Shown here piece by piece: positions 1-13,040 of a DNA stretch of 64,000 nucleotides. Within the stretch, counting starts at the first letter, position 1. Each line of letters begins with the position of its first letter. The position numbers and the translations under genes were made by a program. Source of the stretch: Octopus sinensis (taxonomy: Eukaryota); the NCBI RefSeq assembly GCF_006345805.1, contig NC_043012.1:10788001-10852000 (forward strand), given 5' to 3'. The notes beneath the pieces are model-generated. The model was not told the DNA's origin. It saw nothing but the letters and a program-made list of their open reading frames with translations, and did no database searches.

Positions 1-807
1 AACTCAGTCGTCCAACCAAGTGCAACCGCGGCCGAGAATGAATGAATGAATCAATACTGTTACAAAGAAAATATTTTTTCTTTTGAATGCAAACATCCTA
101 ACACACACACACACAAACACACACACACAAGTATAAAGGTTAAATGGTCAAGTAAGAGTCTGACCAGAGACGCAGTCGGGTTAATCATATTGTTTCAATT
201 ATGACAGAAATTAAATATGGTATTAATATATTTTTACTCGTTTAATTTTTAATCGATTATTGGATTGCGGCCACGCTGGAGGCACCGCTTCCGTGGGTTT
301 AGTCGAGCATATCGGACCCAGAAATGATTTTTAAGTTTAGTATTTAGTTCATCGATCGGTAAATATCGAACAGCGAGTTCACAATAACTGAATGTAATTG
401 GTTTTAAGTGGCATAAAAACGTAAACACGCGCATGCGTGCAGGGTGCTGGAAGACTTTACAAACTTTTGCTGAGTTTCAGGAATACGGTCATCTGACAGA
501 AGTGAATGTTTGGAACATTGCAATGGTTTATAAATGCGGTGTTGTGTGTGTGGTTTGTTCCAAGATCAACAAAGAGCGGGTGGATATTCGAGATCATTGT
601 CAATCTACTCGTAATCATTCCGTCTTTATGTTTATCCCAAAATAATCCTGGAATATGTCTTGTTATTTAGGACAGAAGAATGTAATTTTAGAGAGACTTA
701 GCTGCTATTTCCAGCTTCACGTAGAGAATCTTTTATTAGCCTTTAACTATATACATGCAGAGGAGATAAGGGAGAGAGTGTGTGAGAGAGAGAGAGAACA
801 CGCTTAA

Positions 808-843
<36 letters not shown>

Positions 844-868
844 ACACGCTCGAGTGTATATGCATATA

Positions 869-1372
869 CCGTAAATCCTCGAGTATAATCCGCATTTTCC
901 CCCAAAATTTAAAGGTCAAAATCCCTAGTGCGTACTATATACGAGGTTAAAAATGAAAAATATTTTCTAAGCAATGTCCGAGTCTGTTGTCCGGCAATGT
1001 TTATTCAGACACATTTTGTGATGTGGGGCGCGAAAATACCTTAAGCTAAGCCTGAAAGCAATGAAGTCATAAAAGAATCATCCATAACTTGCAGTAAGCA
1101 TTTATTAAACATTATTACTGTTATTTCTTTATTTTCTGCAAACAAAATGCACCAAAAAGCTACACGTTTGCATTATGTTATATATACAGTAATAATAAAG
1201 GACGTTGCCGTATACAGTTTTACAAACCAAGGACGTTATATAGACCTCCTTGACTCAAGTTAGAGAAGGAGTGTGTATTATACACAAGGTTTAGGTTTTT
1301 TTCAGAGGTACAGCTGCCTAAAAATCCCCTGCGTATTATACTCAAGGGCGGACTATACTCGAGGATTTGCGG
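869..1372. mobile_element. Non-autonomous Tc1/mariner-superfamily (pogo/Tc2-like) MITE
   Basis: 25-bp TIRs ccgtaaatcctcgagtataatccgc / gcggactatactcgaggatttgcgg (2 mismatches), TA on both sides. Confidence 0.8.
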
Positions 1373-1646
1373 TATGCCAGAATCGTTACCTTGTCACGTC
1401 CTCTAATGTCTTCAGTTAAAAAACGCAAATAAATTTTTTTAAAAACCCAAATTCGTCTTCCTTATTTGCTATTTCTATAAAATAAGTCGCAATCAAAATC
1501 TGCTGTTGATAATGTTGGTATATTGTAGTTAAAGCAGCGCCCCAGTATGGTCGCAATGTAATGGCATGTGTTGAAGCGATAAATAATAATAAAAAAAATA
1601 GTGTATCTGTATAATTTTATACACACGCATGCATTTACAGCCATCC

Positions 1647-1878
1647 TATTTCTTTACTGCCCACATGGGGCTAAACACAGAGAGGACAAACAAAGACAGA
1701 CAAACGGATTAAGTCGATTATATCGACCCCAATGCGTAACTGGTACTTATTTAATCGACCCCGAAAAGATGAAAGGCAAAGTCAACCTCGACGGAATTTG
1801 AACTCAGAACGTAGCTGCAGACGAAATACCGTTAAGCATTTCGCCCGGCGTGCTAACGTTTCTGCCAGCTCGCCGCCT
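1647..1878 (-). mobile_element. SINE family B, tail type 1, with 18-bp TSD
   Basis: Head ggcggcgagctggcagaaacgttagc, B-box-like gagttcaaattcc, tail ttagccccatgtgggcagtaaagaaata. TSD atgcatttacagccatcc at 1629-1646 and 1880-1897. Confidence 0.9.
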
Positions 1879-2937
1879 TATGCATTTACAGCCATCCACA
1901 CACGTACGATCCATAATGTTTTACCAGCTGGGCTCGAAAATATACACCACCACAACACGCACATACATACCAGTGCCGAGGTCAAATTGCAATTAAACAA
2001 CAAACCTAACAAAACACAACTTCCATACATTCAATACATACACATATAAAACATGCATATATAGATAATACATACATGGATACATGTATGTATATTACAA
2101 ATCAACACTTGTGTTAAGTAGCTGAGGTCATAACGGATGAATACACATAACTTCTTTCTGAACGATGTTTACAAAAAACAATCTCTATATACGTATATAC
2201 ATACATGTGTACACACAAGTACACACAATTAAAAGGCACATGCATGATTTACACATACACACACACACACACATTATATATATATATATATATTATATAT
2301 ATATATATATATATTATATACATACATACATATATACAGATGTATGTATGTATTCATTTTGGATACGAAATGAAAAAGTGAAACGGAATAGGACTACACA
2401 AACGGTTAATTTAATATTGCAATTAAATAACACACACTCTTTCTCTATCTCTCTCTCTCTCGCACACACACACACGCGTGCGCTAACATGCTATCTTAAA
2501 GATAACTTTTGGGTCGCGAGATGGGACTTTGATTAAGTGTCAAGTCTGTATGGAGAAGAGGTAGAACGAAGCAAAACACATGCGACACTGAAAAGAAATG
2601 GGACGAAAAATAATACTTAATGTTTTACTTGTTTCAGTTATGAAAATGCGGCCGTGCTGGGGCACCGCCTTGAAGGATTTTTAGCTGAACGAATCGCCCC
2701 CCAGTACCTCATTTCTTGTAATGCTTGGTACTTATTCTATCGGTCGGTTTTGCCGAACCGCTAATTACGAGGGCGTAAACAGAACCCCGCATCTACATCT
2801 CGTAAATCTCTGAAGTTGTTTCGTAGAATGCTAAATGGTTGAGGACCCTTGAAACCCAAACTGTTATAGTATTAAGTCCTTATTATTGGAGAAGACGGGG
2901 ACCTATAGCACTATGCAGTGTTGTCCTGTTCGCTGGT

Positions 2938-2985
<48 letters not shown>

Positions 2986-3524
2986 TTTTGTGAGAAAATA
3001 GGTTCCTCTTTAAAGGGGTGTCAGCATCCAAGCGTCCTCCGGTTTTATCGTATATATCGATGAACTTTGTGAAATCCTGCTTTTCCGTGTTAGCATTAGT
3101 GTTTATTATTTGTTAGGCACCAGTATTATATACATTTTGGAGTTCCAGTATTTCATATAGATTTTTACTTCTCATCGATACATGTCGGTGTAGTTATGGT
3201 AATATACCAAAGAAAATGGACACTTCGAACACAGCATAATCAATTTATTAACATTTTGTCAATCATATAAGCCTACGATCGTTTCCATATCAATCTCCAG
3301 TCAAATTACAATTAAAATTGCATTATGAAATAAACGAAGGTAGATATTTCTTCAGGGCGAAAATTGACACATTTGTTTTTACATCCTAATAGACTGAGTC
3401 TTCATCAACAGATTAAAATAGCAGTATGCTTATATAACTGAAAAAATGTAAATAAATTGATTATGCTGTGTTTCAAACTCTCCACTTTCTTTATAATATA
3501 TTACTATAACTATATATATATATA

Positions 3525-3915
3525 CTAGCAGTATCGCCCGGCGTTGCTCAGGTTTGTAAGGGAAATAACTATATAAGCATTTTTAGAGATGTAAAGTATA
3601 ATAGCCATCTCAATATGGCTAACCACAAGGGGGGGGGTGTTACTGTAGCTTTTTACGTTCTGAGATTTAATAATAAATTTTTAGAGAGTTACTTCCCTTA
3701 TATATGCCAAAAATGCATTAAAAATGGGAAAAATTGATGGTATTTTTTTTTTATTGTAGACTCATCGTAGACGTGCGCTAATACCCAGAAGGGCTCGATA
3801 TGAATCACGACTATAAGATACCCGCTTTTGATTAAACTGCACCGCAAAATGTGGGAGTAGTTAGGAATCTAAATCGTAGGAGACAGACAGCACACAACCT
3901 CTCTTTTATATATAT
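3525..3915 (-). mobile_element. Non-autonomous Helitron
   Basis: The minus-strand 3' end has an imperfect hairpin cctgagcaacgccggg followed by gatactgCTAG then T. The 5' end merges into (TA)n and a short gtct repeat lies near it. Confidence 0.6.
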
Positions 3916-4109
3916 ATATATATATATAATGTATATATACTCACACATACTCAAAAACACATGCGTCACTATATACATACATATATATTTTTTTCTACGT
4001 TGTGAACATCCGTCGTTTGACCACGATGATACAGCTGTCAATCAACTGCTCTTGAATATTCCCCAAATAGATGGACCCTCAAAGTAATTCTCTCAGGTAC
4101 AATTAGTGT

Positions 4110-4142
<33 letters not shown>

Positions 4143-4610
4143 TAACAGACATACTGTGTGGCAAGGCTGGAGCTTTTCACTTGTAAATGCAATCCCCCTC
4201 CATGTGTTTCTCATTCAAAAAAGCACATTTACTTCAGATGTCACTCAGTCGGGGGGGGGGGGAAACTGGACTTCGTGGTTGCCATGCGAGTGGCCTATGT
4301 AGTTGGTTTGTTTACGCTCCCGTACCCAACAGTTCTGCAAATGACACCGATAAAATAATACTAGACTTTTAAAAACAAAACAAGACTGGAATCGATTTGT
4401 TCGACAATATCCTCTACGGCAGTGCTCCAGCGTGGCTGCACTCCAATGACTTACGTAAAACGTTATAAAACATACATACGTGCGCGCTCACGAGAGAGAA
4501 GGAAACGGATGAATAGAAACATGTATTATATCTATATTATATATACACATCAAATACATACATATACATTAATATATATATACTTTATATACGTATACCC
4601 ATACATATAT

Positions 4611-5005
4611 ACTCTTACTCTTTTACTCTTTTACTTGTTTCAGTCATTTGACTGCGGCCATGCTGGAGCACCACCTTTAGTCGAGCAAATCGACCCCAGG
4701 ACTTATTCTTTGTAAGCCCAGTACTTATTCTATCGGTCTCTTTTGCCGAACCGCTAAGTGACGGGGACGTAAGCACACCAGCATCGGCTGTCAAGCAATG
4801 CTAGGGGTACAACAAAGACAACAACAAACACACACACATATATACACAGGCTTTCTTTCAGTTTCCGTCTACCAAATCCCACTCACAAGGCATTGGTCGG
4901 CCCGGGGCTATAGCAGAAGACACTTGCCCAGATGCCACGCAGGAGACTGAACCAGCAACCGTGTGGTTGGTTAGCAAGCTACTTACCACACAGCCCTCCT
5001 GCGCC
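4611..5005 (-). mobile_element. SINE family A (tRNA head, CORE-like segment, internal microsatellite), full length
   Basis: Head ggcgcagga-gggctgtgtggtaagtagcttgc, a CORE-like ggcatc-tgggcaagtgtc segment, tail gactgaaacaagtaaaagagt. Probably one of the described octopus tRNA-SINEs; exact name not verifiable. Confidence 0.8.
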
Positions 5006-5437
5006 TGATAATATATATATACATGTATGTGTTGTGGTGTTTGTGTGGTGTGGTGGTGTGTTTGTGTGTGTGTTGTGTTGTGTGTGTGGTTTGTGTGTGT
5101 GTGCGCGCGTAAAATAAAAATAAGCTGAGAAAGCGATGATAAGAAGCGAAGGCAGAGCTTGGGACAATCGGGTGATTCAGAGAATGAATGAAATTCTTCC
5201 TGAAATAGAGAGGCTTCGGTGGAACGGTAACGGTGCAGGTCTAGAAGTGGCAGAAGACTTTCATCAGAATTCTCAGTTTTGGACTGAAGGTTCCTAAACC
5301 GTTCTTCGTTAAATAGCAGCAACGCCGACACCACCACCACCACAACCCGCGAACCGTACGTAGAGGCACGGAACCACTACAAGACCGACATTGTGTCTGG
5401 TTCGAATATCTGCCTCCTGTTACCAACCGTATCAATA

Positions 5438-5480
<43 letters not shown>

Positions 5481-5490
5481 TGTGTGTATG

Positions 5491-5523
<33 letters not shown>

Positions 5524-5779
5524 ATATATATGTGTGTGTGTATATATATGTGTGTGTATGTATATATATATATAGGTGTGTGTGTGTGTATATATATATA
5601 TATGTGTGTGTGTATATATATATGTGTGTGTGTATATATATATGTGTGTGTGTATATATATGTGTGTGTATATATACATATATATTATATATATATATGT
5701 ATGTATGTATGCATGTGCATATACATGTATGATTATGTTGCGTATGTGTATGAAGATACACACACACACATATATATAT

Positions 5780-5824
<45 letters not shown>

Positions 5825-6373
5825 TATGAGCGCTTTGGTATGATTGCATCAATCTACATTGGCTTTCTGCTTTAGTACGGTGCATATCTCCACGTGTGCA
5901 CGCGTGCAACTTTGAAGTCATGCACATATACGTGCAGGTCTTTTTGTATGTGTTACAGCTACACACATACAAGTCTGTGTGCGTTTTACACACACACACA
6001 CACACCAAACACTATGTGTGTGTGTGTGTGTGTACCTACCAGTCCCGACAGTGCAGTCAACAAGCTAAAACAGTTTTCCGTTCGGTTGTGTAAATATTTT
6101 CATAATTTCAATGAAACAACTTCAGATAAGAGACTAACTTCACAGACTACTATCAAACCATCAAATGTTTGTTGTGTTCCCGTCCCTGCCACGACCACCA
6201 CCACTACACACGAACATCACTGCACGCTCTCACCACCACCACCACCATCATATACCATCTTTACACTGGATTTCATTGTAATTCATTAATTTTTGTTTTC
6301 ATTTTTTAATTATTTATTTTTTTTCAATAAACAAAACAAAACAATTCATTTTCGTTTTTTTCCCTTTTTTCTA

Positions 6374-6697
6374 TTACTTGTTTCAGTCATTTGACTGCGG
6401 CCATACTGGAGCACCACCTTGAAGGATTTTAGTCGAACGAATCGTCCCCGGGACTTATTCCTTGCAAGCCTAAGTATTCTCTCGGTCCATTTTGCCCAAC
6501 CGCTGAGTTACGTGGACATAAACACATCAACATCGGTTGTCCAGCGATGCTGGGGAGACACACAAACACACATTATATATATATATATATAACACGACAG
6601 GCTTCTTTACTAGAAGATACATGCCCAAGGTGCAACGCAGTGGAACTGAACACCGAACCATGTGGTTGCCAAAGCCTGCTTCATACCACACAACCAC
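6374..6697 (-). mobile_element. SINE family A, internally deleted
   Basis: Colinear with 4611-5005. Confidence 0.7.
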
Positions 6698-6812
6698 GAT
6701 AATAAATAAATGGTCTGATTTAAGCACAAGGCCAGCAATTTTAAGGGGACGGGATCAGTCGATTACATCTCACCCCTTCCCACCCCTGTACTTAACTCTA
6801 CCGATTCTGCCA

Positions 6813-7015
6813 AATAATAATAACAAGGCCTGAACTTTTTTGAGGGAATGGGAGGGGTATTGTCGATTACATAGATCCTAGTACTTATTTTATCGACCCC
6901 CGAGGATGAAAAAACAAAGTCGATCTCGTCGGAATATGAACTCAGAATGTAAGGACGGACAAAATGCCGCTAAGCATTTTGCCCGACGCGTTGACGATTC
7001 CGCCAGCTCGCCGCT
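6813..7015 (-). mobile_element. SINE family B, tail type 2
   Basis: Same head and body as family B; tail ...caggccttg ttattatt. Confidence 0.7.
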
Positions 7016-7197
7016 TTATCTTGTCTTAAAGAGCGCAAGAGGAAGAAAGATTACTGAGACAATGTGAAGAAAAATGGGGGTTTTGCAGATGGATGAGAAG
7101 ACCAGGCCTGGAAACCATCAAGAGAAACACGAAAGGAAAAAAAAATCGAAGATAAACGCATCGGGACAGGACAAGGGATTACTGTGAAAGGCAAGTG

Positions 7198-7337
7198 CTA
7201 TCCTCCTCCAGCTGAGTCCGCTGGCATACTGAGAGCAGGTTCAATCACTCGGACCATACTTGCCATTTTCACATATCTTTCAGCTAAGAGATGGCCGCAC
7301 ATCCCCTCTTCATCCTCCTGTTCCTCTGCGTGTGGTA
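7198..7337 (-). CDS. Candidate terminal exon of unknown gene
   Basis: Acceptor tttttctctacaag, then an open frame (V)PHAEEQEDEEGMCGHLLAERYVKMASMVRVIEPALSMPADSAGGG* in non-repetitive sequence. No recognised homology; phase 1 does not fit the SCAPER exon. Confidence 0.2.
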
Positions 7338-8253
7338 CTTGTAGAGAAAAAGTCAGTGAGGACTTGACCGAAGAAGAAAAAGAATGCCCACCCTCCCTCC
7401 TGTCAATCTTACCAATCACACAACCATTATTTAGCTAGCTAGCGAGGCGGCTATTATTTCTAAAGAAACCCGATCAAGGGAACCCTACTGCGTTTTTGGC
7501 GAAAGGAACGCAACGGGGTGGTGTTGACGGCGATTTTCAATGATGGATCTCACGTACACCCAACTATAACTGTAAACGACAGTAATGCTCAGGCACTGAA
7601 CAAATGCGTGCAGAACCTGTATCGTGGCCCTGCAAATACTTCGGGCAACTTCGGCTGAAAGGAACCATCAGACCTAGTAACCAGAACTGATTTTGCACGC
7701 AAATGGCCAAAATGAGAAAAAAAAAAAAGAGGAAAAAAACAAATCTAGAAATTTAAATTCTTCAAAAGACGTATCCGACGCGTGCCATTTGTCACAATTA
7801 CAGTCGAGAATATACTGACAGTTTGCAGCTGTCTTTGTTGACCGTCCTTATCGAAGAATTGAGATACAATTTATTTGGTAAAGCCACCAGTTGAAAAACT
7901 TATGTCTAATAATAATAATAATAATAATAATAAATCTTTTTCTTCTGTTTACTTTCCATTATATTTTCCAACCGTCTGTTTTCTACTCAATCAAAGCTAC
8001 ATGCTTTTAATGTATTAAACATGCACATATATAACATGTCACGCTTTATTTGTATACACACCCACTTTAAACAAGGTTTGATAAGATAGATGCCGTTTTT
8101 GCTGATATATTAGAAAACTTCAACAAACCTGCTTTCATTTAATTAATGTAATGCAGTTAATAAGAGAAATGGTTAATTAATGCTTGTTAGCATGAAAAAC
8201 AGTATTTCTATATTTTAAGGAAATTACCAAATTTTTGTTTTAAACTAATAAAT

Positions 8254-8640
8254 GTGACTGTGTGATGCAAAAGTTTGCTTCCCAGCCACATGGTTCCGAG
8301 TTCAGTCCCACTGCGTGGCACCTTGGATAAATGTCTTCTGCTATAGCCTCGGACCGACCAAAGCCTTGTGAGTGGATTTGGTAAACGGAAACTGAAAGCA
8401 GCCCGTATTATGTGTGCGAATCTTTTGTCTGTGCTTGTTCTACCACCGGCACCACCACTTGGCAACCGGTGCTGGTATGTTTACGTCCCCGTAACTGAGC
8501 AGTTGGGCAAAACAGATCGATAGAGTAAGTACTAGGCTTTAAAAAGATAGCAGGTACTAGGATTGATTCGTTCGACTAAAATTCAAGGCGGTGCTCCAGT
8601 ATGGCCGGAGTCTAATGACTGAAAGTGGTAAAAGATAAGA
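8254..8640 (+). mobile_element. SINE family A, diverged
   Basis: Colinear with 9458-9846. Confidence 0.7.
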
Positions 8641-8818
8641 TTAGAATATGCGATAGATGACTTGTTTTCCTCGAACACGAGTCTTCAGTTTCTGGTAATC
8701 CATCACAGCCTGCCGAGTCCATACTGGAGCAATAACTAAACCACTCAGGAAAGGATACATCAGGATTTAGATTAACGGAGCACTGGACAGAAATGTCTTG
8801 TGCTATCGAGTTACAATT

Positions 8819-9060
8819 CTTTTACTTGTTTCAATCAATAGGCTGCGGCCATACTGGAACACTGCCTTTAGAACTTTTAGTCGAACGGATCGACCCCGCC
8901 CAGCACATTAAAAAAAAAAGACCTGGTACGCATTTTAGCAGTCTCTTTAGCCGAACCACTAAGTTACGGGAACGTTAACACACCAACACCAGTTGACAAT
9001 CAGTGTAGTGGGTGGATGGGAGGGAACGCAGACACGAACACAAACATATACACGACGGAT
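8819..9060 (-). mobile_element. SINE family A, 3' part
   Basis: ttttacttgtttcaatc..gccgaaccactaagttacggg matches the family A tail. Confidence 0.65.
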
Positions 9061-9457
9061 TTAATCACAACCGCACCCGAAATTGCTGGCGTTGTGCCGA
9101 AGTTTGAAACCAATAATCTTACAATGTATCCAAGATGTGAACAGATTTACGAGGAAAGACTCGGGAAAGGTTGAGCTGATATCTTTCTTTCATCATTTCC
9201 ATCTTTCAGTTATTAGACTGCGGCCATGCTGGAGCACAACCCTGAAGGGTTTGGTCGAATAACTTTTAAGTCTGGTATTTATTCTTGCAGTTACTTCTTT
9301 TTCCTTTACTGCCCACAAGGGGCTAAACACAGAGGGGACAAACAAGGACAGACAAACGGATTAAGTCGATTATATCGACCCCAGTGCGCGCATGGTACTT
9401 TCTTAATCGATCCCGAAAGAATGAAAGGCAAAGTCGACAAAAATATTTAAATATACA

Positions 9458-9846
9458 GGCGTAGGAGTGGCTGTGTGGTAAGTAGCTTGCTTACCAACCA
9501 CATGGTTCCGGGTTCAGTCCCACTGCGCGGCACCTTAGGCAAGTGTCTTCTACTATAGCTCCGGGCCGACCAAAGCCTTGTGAGACGGAAACTGAAAGAA
9601 ACCCGTCGTATATATGTATATATATATATATATATGTGTGTGTGTGAGTTTGTCCCTCCAACATCGCTTGACAACCGATGCTGGTGTGCTTACGTCCCCG
9701 TAACTTAGCGGTTCGGCAAAAGAGTCCGATAGAATAAGTACTAGACTTACAAAAGAATAAGTCCTGGGATCGATTTGCTCGACTAAAGGCGGTGCTCCAG
9801 CATGGCCACAGTCAAATGACTGAAACAAGTAAAAGAGTAAAAGAGT
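9458..9846 (+). mobile_element. SINE family A, full length
   Basis: ggcgtaggagtggctgtgtggtaag...gactgaaacaagtaaaagagtaaaagagt; ends ~55 bp from the SCAPER exon donor. Confidence 0.85.
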
Positions 9847-9901
9847 CTAAGGGACAGTTTGAGTTCTTAAATTAAGAGAATGAATACACACAGAGACTTA
9901 C

Positions 9902-10051
9902 CTGATTATCAGAGTTTAGCACCGTAAAGTTGCCAATGCAAAGGATCACCTCATGAAGTAATTCTTCACAGAGATGGTGAGAAGAATACCAAACCAGATA
10001 GCTGGCGATGTGGCGAAACTCCAGAGACATGCCTTCTTCTCCAAGAGATTG
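9902..10051 (-). CDS. SCAPER: Internal coding exon of SCAPER (S-phase cyclin A-associated protein in the ER), C-terminal domain
   Basis: Acceptor tttgtctatttgcag and donor CAG|gtaagt on the minus strand. 150 bp, phase 0/0, translating QSLGEEGMSLEFRHIASYLVWYSSHHLCEELLHEVILCIGNFTVLNSDNQ. Collinear without gaps with vertebrate SCAPER as recalled (SIVGAEGLSLAFRHMAS...LLHEVIVCVGYFTVNHPDNQ); not database-verified. Confidence 0.85.
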
Positions 10052-11970
10052 CTGCAAATAGACAAAATATAGAGAAAATATAATTAACATCGAGGGAGAT
10101 AATATCTTACGTTGATTATAACTTCTTACCCGACACTTTCACCTGTGGCTTTCACCTGAAATAGAAACCCTTTCTTAGGAGATGCTAGGAATGGGTAGAG
10201 TTTATTTAAAACCTACCACCGCAAAGATTAGCTTTAAACTGAGAGAGGGGAGGGGAGGGAGGGAGAGGGATAGATGATATAACATGGTGCAGGTCACGGT
10301 TTCAGATCCAAATGCAGTCGGTTCGGTGTTTCTTTGGGGTTTCTCTTTTTCAGGTGGCTAAATTGCACAACTTGTAAAACAGCTTGCTTCACACGCCCGA
10401 CTGTGGAGAGCTACTGGCAACAGACTAGCGTACGATCCAGGCGAGCGGGAGACACACACACACACACACACACACATCACACCTACAAAACAGACCGCTA
10501 AGCCATCCATCCTCCCCTGATATTCGAGAAAAAAAATAGTGTTTGCGCATACACACACGTGTGTGTGTTTGTGTGTGGAAGAAAGAGATGTAGACAGAAT
10601 GAGAGGAAGGAGGGACCCTGTATATGTATATGCGTGTGAGAGAGAAAGTGTGTGTGTGTGTGGTGTGTGTGTGTGTGTACGGTAAAATATTCCTATCACT
10701 CGAAAAACAAAAAAAAGTCAAACGAATGCACATCAAACGTAAAGAAATGTGTTGGTTTTACCACCCATAAAACACCGTCGATCTCTACCGTGTGTGCGTG
10801 TGTATGTGATAGAGAGCAGGGTACCTTGTTTTGATTATATTGCATTCATATCGCCGCCACAGCCCTCACCACTTACTGCCCCACGACCAAACATCGGTTT
10901 TTTTTCCCCACCAGCAGTCACTCACTCACTCACTCACCAGCACGATGCCTTCCGGATTTCTTTGTCTCTCTATGTATCTATCTATCTATCGGTTTGTCTG
11001 TCTGTGTGCGAGCGTGTGCGTGTGTGTTGTGTTGTGTTGTGTTGTGTGTATCTCTGCCGATCTCACCAAGTTCTGTTATGTTTAACCTAATGGCACTGAA
11101 AGACAGAAAAAAAATAAATAAAAATGGAAAAGCAAGGAACAGAATACAGAAACAAAAAATATTCAAGTGTTACGGGGGGGGGGGAACCTGGAAACGGGTT
11201 TCTGCAGACGGGATTACAGAACGATGGTGGCCACCAGCATCACCACCTCTACTAGGTATACCCAACCAACATGTGCTCTTTGTTTAAAAGGGGAAAATAA
11301 TAATAATAATAATATAATAATAATAATAATAAGAGGAGAGTGTGTAAAAAGAAAAAAACAAAGGAAAGAAACAAGAAAAAACAGCTGTGAATCAAGGACA
11401 AAAAGGGGAGGAGGAGGAGGAGGAGGAGGCGGAGGAGGCAACCTTTTCCTCAGCCAACTGAGGTAGCCTGAAAAAAAAAAAAAAAAAAAACCATTTCTTC
11501 CACCTCACACTCGAACCAGCTTCCTTTATTTCTTGTGAAGCAAATAAGATCCAGACAACATGATGACGATGATGACGAGGAAAAGGCAGAGGAGAAAGAT
11601 TATTATGATGATGATGATGATGATGATGAACATGTTCATGATGATACTGATGATGATGGTGGTGACGATTTCTATTTGGAGTGAAGAGTAGTAACTAGAG
11701 AAGACTTTGCAGAAACGAAATAAAATAAAAATAAAAAAAAAACCGCGAAGGTTTTACAGGTCCAGGAACTGATGATGATTGTTAGGGTTAAGGGCACAGG
11801 TGTGTGGATGAAGATAAAGATTTGATTCCATACATGCCCATCCCATATTACTATTCGATAATGCAAAAGGGACGCAATTGATTGACCTTACATATTTTAG
11901 TTCAGCACCAAAACTATTCGGTTAACCACGGCCTTTTCTCAAACACCAATCGTCCACTGGCTTTTCTTCA

Positions 11971-12805
11971 AATAATAATTATAATCCTTTCTACTATAGG
12001 CACAAGACCTGAAATTTGGAGGAGGGGGACAGACGATTTCATCGACCCCAGTGCGACAGAATGAAAAGCGAAGTCGACCTCGATGGAATCTGAATTCAAA
12101 ACATGAAGACGGACGAAATATCTATTTCTTTACTACCCACAAGGGGCTAAACACAGAGAGAACAAACAAGGACAGACAAACGGATTAAGTCGATTATATC
12201 GACTCCAGTGCGTAACTGGTACTTTTTTAATCGACCCCCGAAAAGATGAAAGGCAAAGTCGACCTCTGCGGAATTTGAACTCAGAACGTAACGGCAGACG
12301 AAATACGGCTACGCATTTCACCTGGCGTGCTTACGTTTCTGCCAGCTCGCCGCCTTAATAATAATCCTTTTAACTGTAGGCACAAAACCTGAAATTTATT
12401 TTTGGGAGGTGGGTAGGATAGTCGATTTCAACGATCCCAGTACACAACTGGTACTTAATTTATCGACCTCGAAAGCACGAAAGGTAAAGTCGACCTCGGC
12501 GTTATTTGAACTCAGAACGAAGCCACGGGTGAAATACCGCTAAGCACTTCGTCTAGTGTGTAAACGATTCTGCCAGCTTGCCGACCTAATAATAATAATA
12601 ATAATAATCTTTTCTAGTAAAGGCACAAGGCCTGAAATTTTGGGAGGAGGGGACTAGTCGATTACAACAACCGCAGTGTTTCACTGGTACCTAATTTATC
12701 GAGCCCGAAAAGACGAAAAGCAAAGTCGACCTCGGTGGAATTTGAACTCAGAACGTGAAGAACCGTAACAATTTCTACAGCAATTCTGTCCGGCGCTCTA
12801 AAGAT
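11971..12805 (-). mobile_element. Head-to-tail array of four family B SINEs (11971-12120, 12123-12354, 12356-12586, 12587-12805)
   Basis: Four colinear copies on the same strand, mixing tail types 1 and 2. Confidence 0.85.
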
Positions 12806-13040
12806 TTTTCTCATAGAACCCTGCTGATTTCTAGTGTTGTATAAAGTGAGAGATGTTTTGAGGGATGGAGAGAGGATTAATTGGTTTAATTGACCCGAGG
12901 AACATTATTTTAGCATTCCCCCTTTTCACCACCAGAAGAAATGAAAACTAAAATCGATCCCAGGAACTGCCGATGCTAGAAATAATAACTATAAAACCCT
13001 CAAATCCCACCCTGCCGTCTTGAAAATGCTACGACCTGTA

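Noticed and set aside
4858-5343. 161-aa minus-strand ORF considered as a SCAPER terminal exon
   Set aside because: No SCAPER-like motifs in any frame; it runs through microsatellite and a SINE.
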